64,000 nucleotides of DNA from Ruditapes philippinarum (GCF_026571515.1 NW_026858315.1:1-64000), one strand, 5' to 3'; shown: positions 27,850-41,494, counted from the first letter of the stretch. Numbers and translations are program-made. Notes: generated by a model from the letters alone, not told the origin.

Positions 27850-28280
27850 TTTTCGGTGGTTTATAGAAATATACCAGTGATTTAAAACTGGTAATTTCAC
27901 TGTTTGAAACAGTGAAATTACCACTTTGATAATTTCACTCTTTTGAATTTAAGCCCCTTACGTTGTTTCAGTGAAATACCAGCGAACACAGTCCTAGGTA
28001 CCAACTTAATGACGTGACGTCGTAAATGACGTCACGTTGTATTATTTTTTGGCTCGCTTTTCATTCAGTTTTAGGTTAAATGTCTTTTTAAAACGTTTCT
28101 TTGCATATAATAAAAAGAAAATTTGTTTAGTTTATAGTAAGATTGAAATATATTTCACCTTGTGAACACCAAAAGTTCATATTTCACTCGTGGCTGCGCC
28201 ACTCGTGAAATATACCTTTTGGTGCTCACTCGGTGAAATATATACCGATCTTACACTGAACTAAACAAATATCCTCTATA
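27850..28280. repeat. Dispersed repeat with internal hairpins; 3' part recurs at ~38325-38410
   Basis: ATATTTCACTCGTGGCTGCGCCACTCGTGAAATAT hairpin; the segment ...GGTGCTCACTCGGTGAAATAT...AAATATCCTCTAT is near-identical at 38340-38410. Class not assigned. Confidence 0.6.
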
Positions 28281-29511
28281 TATAAACGACAACGTTTTGT
28301 TGATACGAAAAACCCGAATCAACAGATTTGCAACACCTTCGGAAATAACGACAGAAACCTAGAATACGAAAAAAAAAACAAAATGAATTTTCAAATGAAA
28401 AATACTTTGACAAACATTTATTATAAACAAACCATTCAATCATTGGCGGTTATATAATACTTCAATACCAGATAACTTCGTTTTCTTTTGTGTTTTTCGC
28501 TATTTTCATGAGTATGAAGTAATGCGCATGAGTAAACGGGATCGTGGACGTACTTGTAAGTGGTGGTTTCGTAAATGTTTGACAAAATTTTATAACTCTT
28601 TAATTAAAGAAGCGTAAAATAATCTGTTGGAGGATGCATGGCGATATAGAACTTATAATGTGTAGTAGAAGGCATGATTAAACAGAACTTAAGTACACAT
28701 GTACCTGAAATTAAACTCGATAAAATTTATGAATGTAGATAATTCGTTTCCAGAACTCCTTTAGATCAATTAAAACTTATACGCGTATGTCAGAAATTTT
28801 TTTTATGTTATTTTACTTATTTTACAATTGCATGTGTGTGATATTTTATTTGTAACAATTGTTACCCGTAAAATATAAAATCGAGGTTAATTATCATTCT
28901 GATAATAAGTCGGAACACGTGATAATGCATTTCTAATTTTATACTTCAAATATTATTTAAAGTAAAAGTCTTTTCGCAAATTCAACTAAACATTTTGTTC
29001 ACGTAGGCGTCGTAGTCCTGTTGTTGATAAAGGATTGTTTCATCAAATGGTCCGATCATTTTGATAAAACAAATGGTCCGATCATTTTGATAAGAGCGCT
29101 TTTACCTATATATAAGTGCAAGTGAACTTCGTTTCAAAAATTCAAAATTCATTGTTAGTATGGGCAAGTTGATAAGGTGGAAATAGTCGTTGCAAATTAA
29201 ATCAAACACTTTCAAGTCCGAGCTAACCAGTATGGGTGTTATACCAGGGAACATGGTCGCGACAAAGAATGCTGGAACGCACGATTCCTATTTAAAATGC
29301 AGATATCTTATGCACTAGGCCACTGCCCTTCTTCATTGTTGCAGCAAAAATTATACATTTTTATGCCTTTTATTGATATAAATTCCCTTCTAACTTTGAC
29401 AATCTTATTAAAATCATATCCTAACAATTGCTCTACTTCCCTTCGCTATGTAGCGAAGAGAGTAACGGAGCGAAAACAATGATCTGATTTTAATGAGATT
29501 GACTTCAATAT

Positions 29512-29990
29512 GAACAATAAAAAATTGTAAGGTCAGGACAATAAAAAATTGTAAGGTCTGGACAATAAAAAATTGTAAGGTCTGGACAATAAAAAATTGT
29601 AAGGTCTGGACAATAAAAAATTGTAAGGTCTGAACAATAAAAAAATGTAAGGTCTGGACAATAAAAAATTGTAAGGTCTGGACAATAAAAAAATGTAAGG
29701 TCTGAACAATAAAAAAATGTAAGGTCTGGACAATAAAAAATTGTAAGGTATGGACAATAAAAAATTGTAAGGTCTGGACAATAAAAAATTGTAAGGTCTG
29801 GACAATAAAAAATTGTAAGGTCTGGACAATAAAAAATTGTAAGGTCTGAACAATAAAAAAATGTAAGGTCTGGACAATAAAAAATTGTAAGGTATGGACA
29901 ATAAAAAATTGTAAGGTATGGACAATAAAAAATTGTAAGGTCTGGACAATAAAAAATTGTAAGGTCTGGACAATAAAAAATTGTAAGGTC
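29512..29990. repeat. 24-bp minisatellite, ~20 copies
   Basis: Unit GGACAATAAAAAATTGTAAGGTCT with minor variants. Confidence 0.97.
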
Positions 29991-30733
29991 ATCATCGTTC
30001 CTTGAACACCTCTTTATTGTGTTATAAATTGGCATCGAATGCTATTCATTAAAATTTTTAAAATAGGGACCAAGAAAAGTATACCATTTCTCAAGACCCT
30101 AACACCGGTCCCTGTGCACGAAAATGACCAAATTAATTGGCTCTAATTATGATAATTAAGTTATATCCCAATTTAGTTTCTAGGTGAACCGATTGCATTC
30201 CCTAATTGATAAGATTTCAATATGAAATAGATATATTTAAATTTGTTTAAGATCGTGATCATAGAAAAATTAGTGTTGTTATACTAAGATATGACCGTCA
30301 CGATGATGTGATGTTTGTCATGATTCCTTTATGGTTTATTAACATCTGTTGGAAGACATATATTTCATCCTTGTTTGATGTCATTTTAAGGCTATTAACA
30401 TGCGAGCTTTATCAACACTTTGTTGTCTGACCTACTCTCAAATTCAAGTTTGCGCAATTCTATTTCGAACATAAGGTCAATTGTTCCTAAAATTGAAGAA
30501 AGAACGAAATTTGAAAACTGCCATAGTTAATATTCAGTTTTTTAGATTGTCAAATCAAAATATAACCATACATTTTAACATACAAACTTTCTGTTTTGTA
30601 ATGTATGGTCGATTCCATTGAAAAGTTGGAAAAAGTCTGTAAAGGTGCTTGAGATGAAGTCTTAAACGATATCGTGTTAGGTCGGGTTATTTCAAGATGT
30701 TTTATATGTGATTTTAATTTGAAAAATAAAAAT

Positions 30734-30968
30734 GAGCTGCGTCACGACAAAACCAACATAGTGCGTTTGCGACCAGCATGGATCCAGACCAGCCTGGGCA
30801 TCCGCGCAGTCTGATCAGGATCCATGCTGTTCGCTATCAGTTTCTCTACTTGTTATAGGGTCTGTATGCGAACAGCATGGATCCTGATCAGACTGTGCAG
30901 ATGCGCAGGCTGGTCTGGATCCATGCTGGTCGTAAACCCATTATGTTGGTTTTGTCGTGACGCGGCTC
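30734..30968. mobile_element. Palindromic Sola-like MITE, copy 3
   Basis: AAAT|GAGC...GGCTC|AAAT. Confidence 0.9.
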
Positions 30969-31079
30969 AAATGTTTTCCAACTAATTGATTTATTTTTAT
31001 ATTTGATCTAACTACAAATAATTACAGTCATTTATTGTTATCAGCAGCAGCTATGCAATAAAATTCATTAGTAAAGAAA

Positions 31080-31893
31080 AACTAGAACTGTGTCCAAAGG
31101 ACACGGATGCCCCCACTGACAACATATATATGGTATATAGTGAAAATATCAACAAAGGGCCATAATTCTGTTAAATTTGGTCGCAGAGAAAATTCCTTCC
31201 TTAACTACCATCTACACATTAAGGTTGTTCATCCCTGGAAGTTTAAGCAAAATCTGCCATCCGGTTTAAGAGGAGTTGCGTTCACAAAATTTCTATATGG
31301 TATATAGTGAAAAAATCAACAAAGGGCCATAATTCTGTTAAATTTGGTCGCAGCAAAAATTCCTTCCTTTACTACCATCTACACATTAAGGTTGTTCATC
31401 CCTGGAAGTTTAAGCAAAATCTGCCATCCGGTTTAAGAGGAGTTGCGTTCACAAAATTTCTATATGGTATATAGTGAAAAAATCAACAAAGGGCCATAAT
31501 TCTGTTAAATTTGGTTGCAGCAAAAATTCCTTCCTTTACTACCATCTACACATTAAGGTTGTTCATCCCTGGAAGTTTAAGCAAAATCTGCCATCTGGTT
31601 TAAGAGGAGTTGCGTTCACAAAATTTCTACATAGTATATAGTGAAAAAAATCAACAAAGGGCCATAATTCTGTTAAATTTGGTCGCAGCGAAAATTCCTT
31701 CCTTTACTACCATCTACATATTAAGGTTGTTCATCCCTGAAAGTTTAAGCAAAATCTGCCATCCGGTTTAAGAGGAGTTGCGTTCACAAGATTTCGGGAC
31801 GTACGGACAGACGGACGGACGGACAGACGTACGGCGTGACGGACGGACGGACAAGTGCAACGCTATATGCTCCCACTCTGTGGGGGCATAAAA
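31080..31893 (+). mobile_element. Non-autonomous Helentron (HINE / pearl / DTC84-type) with ~4 x 168-bp internal repeats
   Basis: Left end AACTAGAACTGTGTCC-AAA-GGACAC, four ~168-bp tandem units (31127-31790), (GGAC)n microsatellite, terminal hairpin TATGCTCCCAC..GTGGGGGCATA, within A-runs. Confidence 0.8.
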
Positions 31894-32504
31894 ATGTTTA
31901 AAACCATACGAGTAGTCTAACAAGCCAAAAGATGGATACTGCAAGCAAATGCAACTTAAAGATATACTATGCTCAACTTTGATAGCAGAGAATACTGTTA
32001 ATTGCTTTACAGTCTCTTTGTAAATTTTAAAATAAACTTGTTTGAAATCACACAAAGTGCTATGCTAGTGTTATGCTTAAAATTATATACACTATAGGTG
32101 GTCACAATATGAATATATAATGTCTTTTAGAAATAAGCCAGCATTTTTTTTAAAGAAATGACCAATTTTACTTGGTCTTTGATAGGGAACACAGCTTTCC
32201 ATACATAGTGTTATAAATAAATTTTATGAAGATTTCAATAAATTTATGTGATAAAAATATTTCACTCAAGCTTAATTAGGCTGAGCATAATTTATTTTAA
32301 AGAAAAAAATAGAATAATAAAAAATAACACATTATTAAACTCCCTTTAATGCTGTAAAATTCTATAAATTCTACCCTAAAACTAAATTGAATATTGGTTA
32401 TTGATGACACTTGGTTTGAAAACTTGACATATTTACTCTTTGCCCGGAAAATTGTATCCATTTTATCCCCCGAAATAGAAATTATTGTTAAATATCTTGG
32501 TTGA

Positions 32505-33150
32505 AGAACTCGGTGTCTGGTCGACTTGTGAAGACGAGGAAGTACTTGTCGACTTGTGAAGCCGCTGAAGTACTCGGTGTCTGGTCGTCTTGTGAAGACG
32601 CTGAAGTACTGGGTGTCTTGTCGACTTGTGAAGACGATGAAGTACTCGATGTCTGGTCGACTTGTGAAGACGCTGAAGTACTCGGTGTCTTGTCGACTTG
32701 TAAAGACGCTGAAGTACTCGGTGTCTGGTCGACTTGTGAAGACGCTGAAGTACTCGGTGTCTGGTTGACTTGTGAAGACGCTGAAGTACTCGGTGTCTGG
32801 TCGACTTGTGAAGACGCTGAAGTACTCGTGTCTGGTTGACTTGTGAAGACGAGGAAATACTCGGTGTCTGGTCGACTTGTGAAGACGAGGAAGTACTCGG
32901 TGTCTGGTCGACATGTGAAGACGATGAAGTACTCGGTGTCTGGTCGACTTGTGAAGACGAGGAAGTACTCAGTGTCTGGTCGACTTGTCAAGACGCTGAA
33001 GTACTCGGTATCTGGTCGACTTGTGAAGACGAGGAAGTACTCGATGTCTGGGCGACTTGTGAAGACGCTCAAGTACTCGGTGTCTGGTCGACTTGTGAAG
33101 ACGAGGAAGTACTCGGTGTCTGGTCGACTTGTGAAGACGATGAAGTACTC
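32505..33150. repeat. 36-bp minisatellite, ~18 copies
   Basis: Unit GAAGTACTCGGTGTCTGGTCGACTTGTGAAGACGCT, contiguous with no spacers. Confidence 0.97.
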
Positions 33151-34084
33151 ATTATCTTGTCTGGCTACAAGCTGATTATAAAGGCCAATATGATCACTCG
33201 AAGCAGACTAAGTGTAAAGAAGTATGCAATTCGTATAAAATGCTGATTATAAAAAAAAATAAATATTACATGATACAGTAAATAGGTTGATCAGCTTATT
33301 CCAGATACGTAAAACATATTGACCGGTACAGGTAATTAAATATCATTTAAATGTTATGTTTTGCACTAGTTGTTCAAGAATTTCTTTTTTTTTCAACAAA
33401 AGCTCGGTGAAAGAAATGGTCAGTGACTTACATAAATGAACAGATATTTGTCCAAATGATTGCTTAGATAATTCATTCACATGGCAAAATAATGTGAGCA
33501 TTTGTCATTTAATAATAAAAGTGCAAAACTATTAAAAACAGCGTGTAAAATTTACGCATATATGTAACTGAAATCAAATGAAATGTTGTTTTTTTTTCGT
33601 GCCGGAATGTTTTTTTTGTTCTCCTTTTTATTTTGTTATAAAGTGAAAATATTATCTTTACTTTAATATCAATAGAATGATAGGTGTACAATTGGAAATT
33701 TCCAGTTAAATCGAAAAATCCAAACAGTTTTCTTTCAGTGACAAGTTTCAATCTTTAAGACTTCCAATAAATGAGCATTAATTGTTCCAGAAAATTTGTT
33801 TGATAACAGCAAAAATTAAAATTAAAACTAAAATCATGAAAGGTCGTTTAACACGACAGAATACAAACATGTTGTATTCTTGAGCTGACTGAAGTAATAG
33901 AAAGTAATGAATGTGATTAGGCAGTCTATTGCCAACCCCAGCATCGGCTTAAATGTGTGTACTTGGTCCGGAAGCAACAGGCGAGACTATTTTCTTACTT
34001 GACATAATAATAAATATTTTAGGTATATATTAAACATGACTGGTTAATTTTGTAGCAGTCAGCTGTTTTTTTAAATCATCATAT

Positions 34085-34305
34085 GATCCGCCCCATGACA
34101 AAACCAACACAATACGTTTGCGACCAGCATGGATCAAGACCAGTCTGCGCATCCGCGCAGTCTGATCAGGGTCCATACTGTCCGCTTACAAACGGTATAA
34201 CAAGCAGAGAAACTGATAGCGAACAGCATGGATTCTGATCAGACTGCTGATCTGGATTCATGCTGGTCGCCAACGCATTCTGTTTGTTTTGTCATGGTGC
34301 GGCTC
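34085..34305. mobile_element. Palindromic Sola-like MITE, copy 4
   Basis: ATAT on both flanks; ~100 bp upstream of the peptide gene 1 TATA box. Confidence 0.85.
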
Positions 34306-34405
34306 ATATAATCATCTAATACGTCTCATTGTGATTTTCACTACCGATGTTGTATGCATATGATAACACAGGGTTCGTATCATGCCCTTTTATGTCACAT
34401 TCAAA

Positions 34406-34471
34406 TATAAAAAGGTATCGCATTCTTCCTTGACATTCACACAACTGGCGTCGGACACAGAAAATAAACAG
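34406..34471 (+). promoter_or_regulatory. TATA box and short non-coding exon 1, peptide gene 1
   Basis: TATAAAAAGG at 34406, donor CAG|GTACAC at 34471/34472; homologous to the copy 2 promoter (TATGTCACAT.CAAATATAAAAAGG.ATCGCAT). Confidence 0.7.
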
Positions 34472-34874
34472 GTACACTTGACATTTCATATATACATTGT
34501 ATTTATTTTTATATAAGAGAATGTTATTGAATTGACATTGGAGCCGACAAAATCTGTATGATTTATGTTACTTAACAAGAATGTTTTAATTAAAAAGAAA
34601 CAGTCTTGTAAAGCGTTAGATCAGATAAATATTAAAACACTGAGATTATAAACATTAGGGAAACAATTTACGTACGATTTCTTGACCATTTACAACCTAT
34701 TCCTACAATTAAGTTCAGCTCACGTTTATGAAATCAGAACTTATTTATGTCATCACTGTGTGTTTTGTTCCCTTCAAGATATAAACAAGTATAATGTTAT
34801 ATGCGAAATTTTCCAGATCAATTCAAAAATTAAGTAATAATATCTTTAATATGCTAAATCTATAATTAGGAAAC

Positions 34875-36239
34875 ATGAAGATTGCCATCCTTTTACTTGC
34901 TGTGTTGCCATTTGTACTGAGTGCAAAGATTGACGACAAACGTTTTATTGAGTCCTTGCTAGGCGGATATGACAGTAAGATCTTAGCTTAATAAAACATG
35001 CCCCTTTTCATTATGACTTCTATTTATTGAACAAGAATAATCATATGTTGATATTTTCTATTAATACTTTAAGATTCAGTAGGCTCATCTTTAGGTTAAT
35101 TATAATTATTTATTGGAACTTATAAAACGACTGTTTTTAAATGACATTATATATATATTCATACGGCATGCTGTTTTATCTTACATAGTTGGTAGATTTA
35201 CAGCGGCACACATCTTTTCTGTGTGTACTCAAAATATGTTTATTTGAAATTTTAAAAGAGACTAAATAGCAATTATCGGTATTTTCAAATATCAAATTAG
35301 AGGGAAAAAAGTCTTTTATAAATAGCATACAGTATGCATTAGCTAAAAGTATAGCTAAAAGGTTTATCATCAATATTATTGTTGTTTTGTTTCATTTATG
35401 AAAGTTAAGTAAAAAATTGTGCCTGGAAATATTCAACAAACTAATATTAATATAATTCTTTACTTAAAATTTACAGTTTTGCAACTTGCTGAGCAAGTTC
35501 TTGGTCAGTTTGGATGTGACGAGACCGAAGCTCAGTGTGAAAGCACAATGTGCCCGAGTGTTCTCAACAAAATAGACGGCCACAATACTTTCATCACTAA
35601 TTTAGTTTGTGTCGCCGTTTGCAAAGAGTACGTATACAAATAATTTAGCCGTGTCATGACAAAACCAACAAAATGGGTTTGCGACCAGCATGGATCCAGA
35701 CCAGTCTGCGCATCCGCGCAGTCTGATCAGGATACATGATGTTCGCTATCAGTTTCTCTACTCGTTATAGGGTTTGTAAGCGAACAACATGGATCCTGAT
35801 CATAATGCGCGGATGCGCAGGCTGGTCTGGATCAATGCTGGTCGCAAACGCATTATGTTGGTTTTGTCATGACACGCTCAATTCATCTGAAGTAAAAATG
35901 TCATACGAAATGTAATATTTTTAGTGTTTTAGGAGATTTATTAAATTAGAATATAATCATGTTATGCATCACACTAGAGACTTTTTTTAAACTTGATTGT
36001 CAATCATCTTTGGCGTAAAGACTTTACTTTTTATCGGGAATTGTTTATTTCACATTTCTTTCAAATTCTGAATTCTAAAATGTACGTGGATATTTTATCT
36101 TGAATTTTTTTTTCCGAAATAAATCAAGCATTATCTAGAACATTTATTTCGTTTCAGGGCTCAAGTGCTATCAAAACAATTTGCACATGGTCCAGTAAAT
36201 GGAGTTGACCCATGCACCGGTGGAATTTCTGGACGTTAA
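34875..36239 (+). CDS. Secreted 6-Cys prepro-peptide, copy 1 (110 aa), unassigned family
   Basis: Exons 34875-34974, 35477-35627, 36158-36239: MKIAILLLAVLPFVLSAKIDDKRFIESLLGGYDILQLAEQVLGQFGCDETEAQCESTMCPSVLNKIDGHNTFITNLVCVAVCKEAQVLSKQFAHGPVNGVDPCTGGISGR*; ATTAAA at ~36291. Confidence 0.93.
35646..35879. mobile_element. Palindromic Sola-like MITE, copy 5 (intron of peptide gene 1)
   Basis: AATT on both flanks; 18 nt after the splice donor. Confidence 0.85.
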
Positions 36240-36387
36240 ATACATATATCGAATTAAAATAATTGTTTACATTATTTGTAAACGTCTGATATTAAAGATG
36301 CTTAAAAATTTCTGTTTTTTTTTGTATGTTTAATACTTTCTGTGAATCAGTCATCATTATTTTACTTATGTACTGAACATAAAATTA

Positions 36388-37085
36388 AAACAGTATCGAG
36401 AGCGATCAATGATCATATGTATCGCCTGATTATAGCCAACTGTGTACTGTTATCAGGTTAAAACACATTTTCATTCTATGGCCATAACTCAGTTTGAAAT
36501 CATTTAAGCGATTTAAGCGGAAAAGCCGTGCAATATGCGCAAGGACTTGATCTAGCGATCAATCCTGTAAAGTTTCATTTAATTTGCATAAGAGGTAAAA
36601 GAGACGTAGTCGGAAATAATGTTTAAAAAATAAAAATCATAACAGGGCCATAACTTTGACAAAGTCGTTGAACCAGAACATGCTGACGATAAGCACAATA
36701 AAAGGGACCCCTATAAAGTTGTGGCGACTTTGTAGATGTATCAGCTTCTGTGTAGATGGCTATACAAATTCATTATCAGGCCAGAAACACCTTTTAATCA
36801 AGGGCCATAACTTTGTAAAAATCATTCGAGTGGAAAACCCATGTTAAATGTGCAAATACTTGAACTACCGATCAATCCAGTTAAGTTTTATTGCAATTGC
36901 AGTACTGGTATCCAGACAAATTTTAGAATTAAAAGTAATAAAGGGCCATAAATCTGACAAAAATCATTGGTCTAGAAAGTGTAAATGTCGTCGATATGTA
37001 TTAGAAGATTTGGTACTAATCATTTCTGTAATGTGCAGATGATATTGAAGCACGCGGCACAAAAAATCTAAAACCATAAAGGGGC
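36388..37085. mobile_element. Decayed Helentron/HINE-like remnant
   Basis: GGCCATAA motif recurs at ~145-170 bp period (36481, 36646, 36803, 36943), as in the units of 31080-31893. Confidence 0.45.
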
Positions 37086-37767
37086 TCCTCTAAGGTAGTT
37101 TTTTTTTTAAACAGAAGGGACTGTATTTATTTTCGAGAATTGTGTACCATTCGATGAAGGTCTGAATTGACGTGAACGTACCCTCACTACGTTTTCCCAA
37201 AACATTTTATTATTATTGCGCAAATGATAAAACATTTTTTGAAAAGGGGGCATAGGTTTTAAAGTCTGTATATTACGGATAACCTGTCACACAAAAGACC
37301 ATTTTAAAAAAGTAGACAACATATGCCAATAGCGATATTACAGTATCCAATGGTAGTACTGGAACAACCCAGCTAGATAAAACGCTAAATAAAAAAAAAA
37401 CTAAAATAGCCACAAAACATCAATCATGAAAAGAAAAGAAATATAACAACTCTTACTGAAAGTACGAGGCGACATTTAACGGTCTCAGCACGACACAAAT
37501 AACGCTGACGTAGCGATAAAATAGAGAAAAAAAAAAAAAATTCCTACAGAACGTGCAAAATGGCAAAAATTGAAATATTGCAAGCTCGATTTGGTTGAGC
37601 ATGTTCATGGACGGTTCTTTTAATGTAAAACTTTGAAAAAATCATTGCAATTTGTTTGAAAAAATTCGTGCAGAAACCTTTTACTGCAATCATTTGTCTT
37701 TTAAAGAAACGTAAATGCACTCCCATTGATCTATCAATAATGAATTAATTAACCATGTATTTGCGAT

Positions 37768-37835
37768 TATCATCATCATCATTATTATTATTTTTATCAT
37801 TATTATCAGTATTATTATTATTATTATTATTATTA
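37768..37835. repeat. (ATC)/(ATT)n microsatellite
   Basis: Direct reading. Confidence 0.85.
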
Positions 37836-39463
37836 CCTGTAATATTGATCCTACATATATTTTCATAGAACATTATTTCTCTTTGCGAATGTGATGAATT
37901 TGAAGACACATATCATTACTTTTGCAAGTGTCCACACTTAAATATACATGTAGAACGTGCTAAACTTCTTGAAAATCCAAAATATTACAACTTACAATAC
38001 ATCTATTTGGTGATACTGACCTCTTAAACGAAGCAAAAAGACCCATCTTCTTACATTCACAAAACAAAACAAAAATCAGTTATAAAATAACCCGTTTCTC
38101 CTATTTTCTCTTTCCCCTTCTATTTAACATAGTACTTAAGATAATGTGAATTGTGGCATTAGACACCTAGTCACAGGGATTATTGTGAAATTTGGCTTAC
38201 TTGAAGGTTACTGTATCACACTCATATATTTATCTTAAATAAAAATGGAATAATTCTTGTTCGTTTCTCAAACAGAGTCTACATACTCCATTTTACCAAA
38301 GTGATCACTGCACTTTTTGTACCTCTGCGCCACTCGTGAAATATACCTTTTGGTGCTCACTCGGTGAAATATATTCCGATCTTACACTGAACTAAACAAA
38401 TATCCTCTATGTATTTCTTAAAGTGAGAGATCCTTTAATAACTCTGGATAGTTTGGATAGTTAAAATGATTCATGTTTACTTCTTATTTTGATAAATATA
38501 AAAATGAGTAAACTGACAGATTCTGACGCATATAAATGAAATATATACTTGTAAATGGTATTCGTCTTCAATATCTGAAGAGTTGCAGCCTAACTTTTAT
38601 GTCATTTTCATATCCGTCAGTTTGCACTTTTAAAGCGGCCTTCAATTTTTATTTTCCTTTAATTTTGTGTTGTTTCAAACTAAGTATTTCAGTAATTTTT
38701 TCTTGGTGAAGTGTAATATATCATTGTTAAACCTTCTTCAAGTGTTCCGAGAGCTTTTCATAACGAGTCAGTGACATTCGTGTCTAAAAATAGAAGACCA
38801 GGGCTTAAATAATTGAAATATAGAGAGTATACCGATAGATTATAGATATTGAAGGGTTTCCTTATTGTTTACGTATTTTATCGTCGGCAGATTTCATTTT
38901 GTTTATCTTAATCCTTTTGATTTGACAGTTTCTTAATCTTTTTGATTTGACAGTTATTGTAACAATTTGTCTAAAAATAACATATCTAATCGTTAGAAAA
39001 GCTGAAGGCCGCTTTAAGAATAAAATGCTTATTCGAAATCTAGCTCTACTGAAATAAAATCTATTAGAAAACAATTTGACAAGATTAACATTAACGTTTA
39101 ACACTTCAACACTTTTGGGCAATGCCATAAATAGTGGTACATGACTCCCCAATTTAAAGGATGCCTATGTATTAGACACAGATATTTTGAATGTTTGAAA
39201 GAAAAACTTCCAAAACAAACTGTATTTTTAAAAACATTTTCTTACTTTAAATGCACAGAAACTTAATGTTAGTAAATTTAGGTATAAGCAAAGATGTATA
39301 TTTACATCTTTATATACTCAGTGACAAGGCATAGATGACTAAAATGTTGAAACAATTTGCGCTATCAATATTGCATGTATAATATACACATGCATGTATT
39401 ATGATAACCCTGTAACATTTGTCGTTGGCATTTCTTATCATGCCATGTTATGTCACATACAAA

Positions 39464-39518
39464 TATAAAAAGGGATCGCATGCTCTCTTGTCACACAACT
39501 TGGACTTTCAATAAGCAG
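39464..39518 (+). promoter_or_regulatory. TATA box and non-coding exon 1, peptide gene 2
   Basis: TATAAAAAGG at 39464; donor CAG|GTAAAC at 39518/39519. Confidence 0.7.
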
Positions 39519-39812
39519 GTAAACTAGAAATTTTAGGTATTCATTTTTATATAAGATCATTTATGTTTGAACTCACAAAATCTGTATAGGCAAGAATGTA
39601 TGAGGAAAACCAGAGAAGTTGGGAGTCCCTCATTAATTTATCTAGCGCTGGTCAGCTAAAATATGTTTACAAAATTCATAATATTCTTCACCCCTAAGGC
39701 TCTTTTAACATAGACCTTTTAATACTTATTGTCATACATTTTTTAAATTTCAAACCTTTCCTACAGCATGTTACTCTATTAAGTTATCGTAGTGTTTTCT
39801 GATTAAAGAAAT

Positions 39813-40047
39813 GAGCCGTGTCATGGCAAAAGCAAGATAGTGCGTTTGCAACCAGCACGGATCCAGACCAGCCTGCGCACCCGAGCAGTCTGATCAGGAT
39901 CCATGCTGTTCGCTATCAGTGTCCCTACTCGTTATAGGGTTTGTAAGCGAACAATATGGATCCTGATCAGATTGCGCTGATGCGCAGGCTGGTCTTGATC
40001 CATGCTGGTCGAACAGGCACTATGTTGGTTTTGTCGTGACACGGCTC
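39813..40047. mobile_element. Palindromic Sola-like MITE, copy 6 (5' intron of peptide gene 2)
   Basis: GAGCC...GGCTC; flanks AAAT/ATTT (imperfect duplication). Confidence 0.85.
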
Positions 40048-40411
40048 ATTTATGTATGAGAGATGCTCGAAAGCATTGGAAAAAAAACGAACGTCCATGA
40101 CTAGTCAATTTGATTAAGATTGTCCATTAGAGACAGTAAATATAGTCAAGTCGTAGCTAATGCCTTCAACACTTAAAATGTTCGAATTAAAAATCCAGAA
40201 GGACTATAAAAACATAGAAGTACTAAGATGAAAGACGATACTTTTTACATAAACTTTCTTGTCCATTATTTAATACACTTTCGAACAAATTCGTTCAGTA
40301 GTCATTTAATTATCTTAGTTTTTACAAAACATTTTCTTTGTGATTTACGAGATTTTCCATATCAATGCACAAAATAAGTAATGATATTTAAAATATTTAT
40401 AATTAGGAAAC

Positions 40412-41249
40412 ATGAAGATTGCCATCCTTTTGCTTGCTGTGTTGCCATTTGCATTGAGTGCAAAGATTGACGACAAACGTTTCATTGAGAGTTTACTGGG
40501 CGGATATGACAGTAAGATCTTAGTTGCACCCTTAAATTTAATGTTTTGAACAATCATACTATGTACATTCATGTACCCATTAATATCTTATGATAACTTT
40601 TAAACTGCTACAATCATAAAAATGTACCATTAATATCATGAAAGTTAAATGAATGATTGTGACTGAAAATATCAAACGGATAAATATTTGTTTATAATCC
40701 TTTATATCTATTCACAGTTTTGCAACTTGCTGAACAAGTTCTTGGTCAATTTGGATGTGACGAAACTGAGGCTCAATGTGAAAGCACAATGTGCCCTGAT
40801 GTTGTCAACAAAATAGATGGCCACAATGTTTTCATCACAAATCTACTTTGTGGCGCAGTTTGCAAAGAGTTCGTATACAAATATTTTATTATGAATATGC
40901 TTTCTCTAGTTAAAAAGATCATTTCCGAATTTAAATATTTTGAGTTTAAGGGTGATATTTAGGAACATGTTTTACATATCTTTAGAGACGTATTTTACGA
41001 CTAGATTGTCAATTTACTTAAACGTAAAGAATAAACCTTTTAGAAAGGAAACATTTATTGTTCTTTTCTTGAGAACACTAAATTTTGTTTTAATACATGT
41101 ATGTTCGTAATATAAAGGGATATCTTGAAACTAGTTTGTTTAAAAAAATACATTAATTTTGTTTCAGGGCTCAAGTACTGGCAAAACAATTTGCACATGG
41201 TCCTGTAAATGGAGTAGACCCATGCACCGGTGGAATTTCTGGACGTTAA
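40412..41249 (+). CDS. Secreted 6-Cys prepro-peptide, copy 2 (110 aa)
   Basis: Exons 40412-40511, 40718-40868, 41168-41249: MKIAILLLAVLPFALSAKIDDKRFIESLLGGYDILQLAEQVLGQFGCDETEAQCESTMCPDVVNKIDGHNVFITNLLCGAVCKEAQVLAKQFAHGPVNGVDPCTGGISGR*. Confidence 0.93.
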
Positions 41250-41494
41250 ATACAGTTATCAAATGAAAGTTATTGTTTACATTGCTGGTGTACATCTTAT
41301 ATTAAAGATTATTACAATTCTTCTGTTTGGTTATTTATTTTTCTTCTTGGTCAGACATCATTTTTTTCTTCAACTTTCTTATTTATTAGAAATGTAATTG
41401 ATAGAATATCTAAGGTATTTTACAAACAAACTGAATTACCGTAATATTTTCATGGATGGAATGTCTATTAAAGATGAGAGAAATACTAACAAAC

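Noticed and set aside
29414-30035. Three long overlapping minus-strand ORFs
   Set aside because: Translations of the 24-bp minisatellite.
32505-33150. CRISPR array (36-bp repeats)
   Set aside because: Units are contiguous with no unique spacers, there are no cas genes, and the context is eukaryotic.
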